Positions 60,593 through 64,000 of a DNA stretch of 64,000 nt are shown here, in pieces. The stretch is taken from positions 38,527-102,526 of the forward strand of contig JAUCBJ010000045.1 of assembly GCA_032718475.1 (NCBI GenBank), written 5' to 3'. Source of the stretch: Nemertoderma westbladi. Lineage: Eukaryota > Animalia > Xenacoelomorpha. Every line of letters starts with the position of its first letter. Position 1 is the first letter of the stretch. A program made the translations under genes and the position numbers. Below the pieces are notes generated by a model. The model saw only the letters and a list, made by a program, of their open reading frames with translations. It searched no databases and was not told the DNA's origin.

Positions 60593-60884
60593 CTGTTCTC
60601 ATACTTGTCCATCTACTTTTTAGCTCATTCTCAACAACTTCCCAGGTGTCCATTACTTCTACACAATTCTCTTTGTAGATCTCGCAGACACCATCCCGGT
60701 AACTGAACCCCAGACACCCACCCCCGAGACCTTCGCACGCGATGTTACAGAGGAGCGAAGATGATTTCTTTGTGGTGAAACCATTGGCGGTCGGGTTTGT
60801 GCAGAAGTTGTATCTGTAGATGTTGCAAAAGGAGTTGGTTACCAGAGTTAATACAACAACAACGATTAGTGCGTCAGTAAACAT
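60593..60884 (-). CDS. Probable first coding exon: signal peptide + PAN/apple-like domain
   Basis: MFTDALIVVVVLTLVTNSFC; LCNIACEGLGGGCLGFSYRDGVCEIY; donor ACAG|gttagt, phase 1. The four exons sum to 1368 nt (455 aa + stop). Could instead be a separate small gene ending at 60588. Confidence 0.7.
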
Positions 60885-62343
60885 GATGACAACCACGAAT
60901 GATACGAATGGTGAAAGAGTCAGTAATCCAACCTGCAGGTCACTAGTTCGATCCCACATGGAAGTGAAACCGACGGCAATATCAAACCAATGGTATAATA
61001 ATAAACCTCGGCAAACTGGATGCGCTATATATAATAGAATTTACGAACCATTGACGATTGGTTTAAAAAATAGCTGCTGAATTCCTACTTACTGTACAGT
61101 AATCTAGTAAGATTACCGAATCACTACTATTATTTTTTTATGTATCTATACTATGTGTGCATCTCAGGAAATTCAATTAAAAGTCACTTACTAAAAGATG
61201 CGTAACACAATAGCTAGTCCATTAAGTCCATCGGCATTTCAATCTATCGGGTTTGAGTTACGTCGATAAAAATTAATTTTTTTTTTATATCCGGTCCATT
61301 ATCTTGTGAAGAGGGGAGATATAAAAGAGTACGGACGTGGTGCTAATTACGTTCCCTTTGACACGACCAACACTTTCACACGACGAAAATAACGCAATTT
61401 ATTATTAAATTGCCAACGAGTCAACGAGGGCAGAATTTCTGAATTTTATGAAAATTATTGGAAAATTGTGTTTTCCGTCTAAAAAATATCACCAGCGCTA
61501 TCACCGTGGCTACCACCAGGTCCGGTGCCGCTAACAGCCATTCTGTAGGATCTGAAGATGAGACCGGGCTATCTACTATCACCAATTCCAGTACTAGAGA
61601 CGGGCCTATCGGCCCGTGAAGCAAGTTGTAGGAGACAGTACGAGTCAGGTAAAAGCTTTTTGTTCTGTCTGATAATTAATTAGTGTGAGCGTAGCGTAGT
61701 CCCGGTGGTGTACGATAAATTTTCTAGACAACTTCAAACTATAATTATTATGTTGTAATCATCTAATGAATTATAAAAGCTGTTGTGATTATAGAAGATA
61801 GATAGCAGTTAGCGAAATGATTATTTTGTTCTATCGGATAGAGTAGTCAGAGGGGAGTCGAGGTGTCAATCGCGCACAAGAAGTGATAAGACAAATTCGT
61901 TCTTATATTTGTAATAAATAAAAGAAGTTGAGATGTTTCAATGTAAACCGCGATTAACAATTTACACTGTTCAATGTAAACCACGATATTAATTAAATAC
62001 AACAACTATATTATTATTATAACAGATTTTTATATTTCAAACTATAATGTTAGCCTTATGGAGAATCATTATGAGGCTGAGTAAACATTCAGCCTTATAA
62101 GCATACAGCCTCCACAGTATTAATGTTGGCAGAAAGATTTCAAAATAAAACAATAATTAGATGAGAGCACAGTGCAATCAATAGTAGCCAATACTACGGA
62201 AGACCACAACTGTCAAGGACAAAACATTAATACAACTTAGATGCAATTAAATAAAGTTCATACAAAGCCATAGAAAGCATGCCATTTCAAAATTCATCAG
62301 GGCATTTTGCCCTGAGGGCATTTTGTCCTGAGGGCAGTTTGCC

Positions 62344-63331
62344 CTAATCACATTTCGTACTTTCACGACTCCATAAACTTAAAACACGACTAATTGGAGC
62401 TCCTCTCCTAACAGTTAACAAGAATTGGCCTGAATCATCAACAACAGTTGATAAATGATGAATGAGTTCCGAAACTGATAAAAAAGTTGTTGGCAAAGGA
62501 ACGAGATATTCAAGACAAGAAAATTGATCCTGAAAGTCATCGGAAACGGAAATGAAGGGTGGCTCGCACGAAGTTCCCACACTTTCATCATTAATTACTA
62601 TTTCTGGAATTTCTTCACTATTTCGATCAATCTTGACTCGTTTCCTTCTTGGTCGAGAAACCTCGCGCTCGCAGCTACTGGCATTTGCTGTAGGGCCATC
62701 AAGAGTTGAGAGTAAATACAGTGTGATTCTCTTATATTGTTTCCCTGTTCCTGTACCATCTTTATAACCCTTGAGAGTGAATTCCGTTTGCGTCCCAGGC
62801 AAATATTCAGCTACCCGTCCCCTATCATAAGATAGTTGGTACTCCTCGTCAATCTCATAGTCATCAGGGTAGTATGCTTTCCATGTATCTAAAGCGAGTG
62901 GAAGTATATCGGTATATTTAGCTGCTTCGCTTACTCTCACATTAACTACTTTTTCCCCAAATAGGTTTATATTTGGCATCACCATTGTTCCAGCGAAGCA
63001 TACCTATATTCATATCAACAACGGCCTCTGGTTTAGACACTGATTTGGGAGTTGACACCTTTGTCTTCCATTCTTTCCCCTTACTGACTCGGTATTCTTT
63101 GAATGATAAAACTCTAGATTTACTTGGATTCTCAACACTTCCACTATTACTACTGGTAGACAGTTCTGTTTCTCTAAGCTTGGTTGCTGGTGCTGCTGGT
63201 GTGGATATCGACGACCCAATTACTGACACATCAGAAATTACAGAGTAGGATGTGATTACGTTTCCACACTTGAAGCAGTAATTGTCGCCTTCCGCAGGCT
63301 GAAATCCACATGTCCGGCAAAACATTGTCAT
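62344..63331 (-). pseudogene. Frameshifted, truncated zinc-ribbon protein resembling the N-terminus of invertebrate G2E3-like HECT proteins
   Basis: MFCRTCG...NYCFKCG; KPIWGK/VVNVRV frameshift in an A run at ~62950; LPGTQTEFTLKGYK...GKQYKRITLYL; ends at LTVRRG...LSLW next to a 17-bp repeat (62300-62345). Family call from memory. Confidence 0.5.
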
Positions 63332-63495
63332 TGGTACACTACTACTGTAAGATAATGCAATAGATAACTGTAGACCTGCTGCTTTATTATGACTGAGTTT
63401 AGTAGGCCTACCTCCTTCAGGGACTGTTCACAGATTACGTAAAGCCATTTTTGAAACAAATTACCAAATGTAAAAGATTTTACAAATAATATTTT

Positions 63496-63496
<1 letters not shown>

Positions 63497-63530
<34 letters not shown>

Positions 63531-64000
63531 GGTGATTAAATCCACTAGCATATATGGTCCGGAGGGGGGGGGGGGGGGTTGGTGATTAAATCCACTAGCA
63601 TATATGGTCCGGAGGGGGGGGGGGGGTTGGTGATTAAATCCACTAGCATATATGGTCCGGAGGGGGGGGGGGGTTGGTGATTAAATCCACTAGCATATAT
63701 GGTCCCGAAGGGGGGGGGGGTTGGTGATTAAATCCACTAGCATATATGGTCCGGAGGGGGGGGGGGGGGTTGGTGATTAAATCCACTAGCATATATGGTC
63801 CGGAGGGGGGGGGGGGGGGGTTGGTGATTAAATCCACTAGCATATGTGGTCCGGAGGGGGGGGGGAGGGTTGGTGATTAAATCCACTAGCATATATGGTC
63901 CGGAGGGGGGGGGGGGGGGGTTGGTGATTAAATCCACTAGCATATGTGGTCCGGAGGGGGGGGGGAGGGTTGGTGATTAAATCCACTAGCATATATGGTC
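63497..64000. repeat. G-rich minisatellite (~46-52 bp; variable poly-G + TTGGTGATTAAATCCACTAGCATATATGGTCCGGA), runs off the edge
   Basis: About 10 units visible. Confidence 0.95.

Noticed and set aside
62281-62303. Minus-strand CTGATGA...GAAA hammerhead-like match
   Set aside because: Only 5 nt between the core motifs, so no stem II
63643-63943. Pro-rich ORFs
   Set aside because: Translation of the poly-C strand of the minisatellite; the frame shifts between units

Overview
This window is eukaryotic (animal, probably a marine invertebrate) genomic DNA, not prokaryotic. The left half (1-32045) is a nest of BEL/Pao LTR retrotransposons. It holds two diverged copies of one family (A1 1-6050 and A2 6051-32045, minus strand), a scrambled fragment of a second family inside the A2 gag (C, 11585-15021), and a young complete element (B, 19706-31475, 539-bp LTRs, TGATC target-site duplication). 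No reverse transcriptase is recognisable anywhere in the window. B carries an extra ~845-aa ORF encoding a DEDDy (RNase D/WRN/Mut-7/EXD-like) 3'-5' exonuclease plus three CCHC knuckles. The right half holds a tRNA-derived SINE, a duplicated ~1-kb repeat, an intronless 9xWAP + 5x Cys-repeat secreted-protein gene and several foldback elements. It also holds a predicted 4-exon minus-strand gene (signal peptide-PAN-PAN-Cys-rich-LamG). The third intron of that gene is filled by a ~10-kb, 41-bp satellite built from the preceding exon's own 3' end and splice donor, so each unit reads as AG|24-nt in-frame micro-exon|GT. A hammerhead-like motif, a frameshifted zinc-ribbon/HECT-like pseudogene and a G-rich minisatellite complete the window. 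All calls were made by eye, without database searches.
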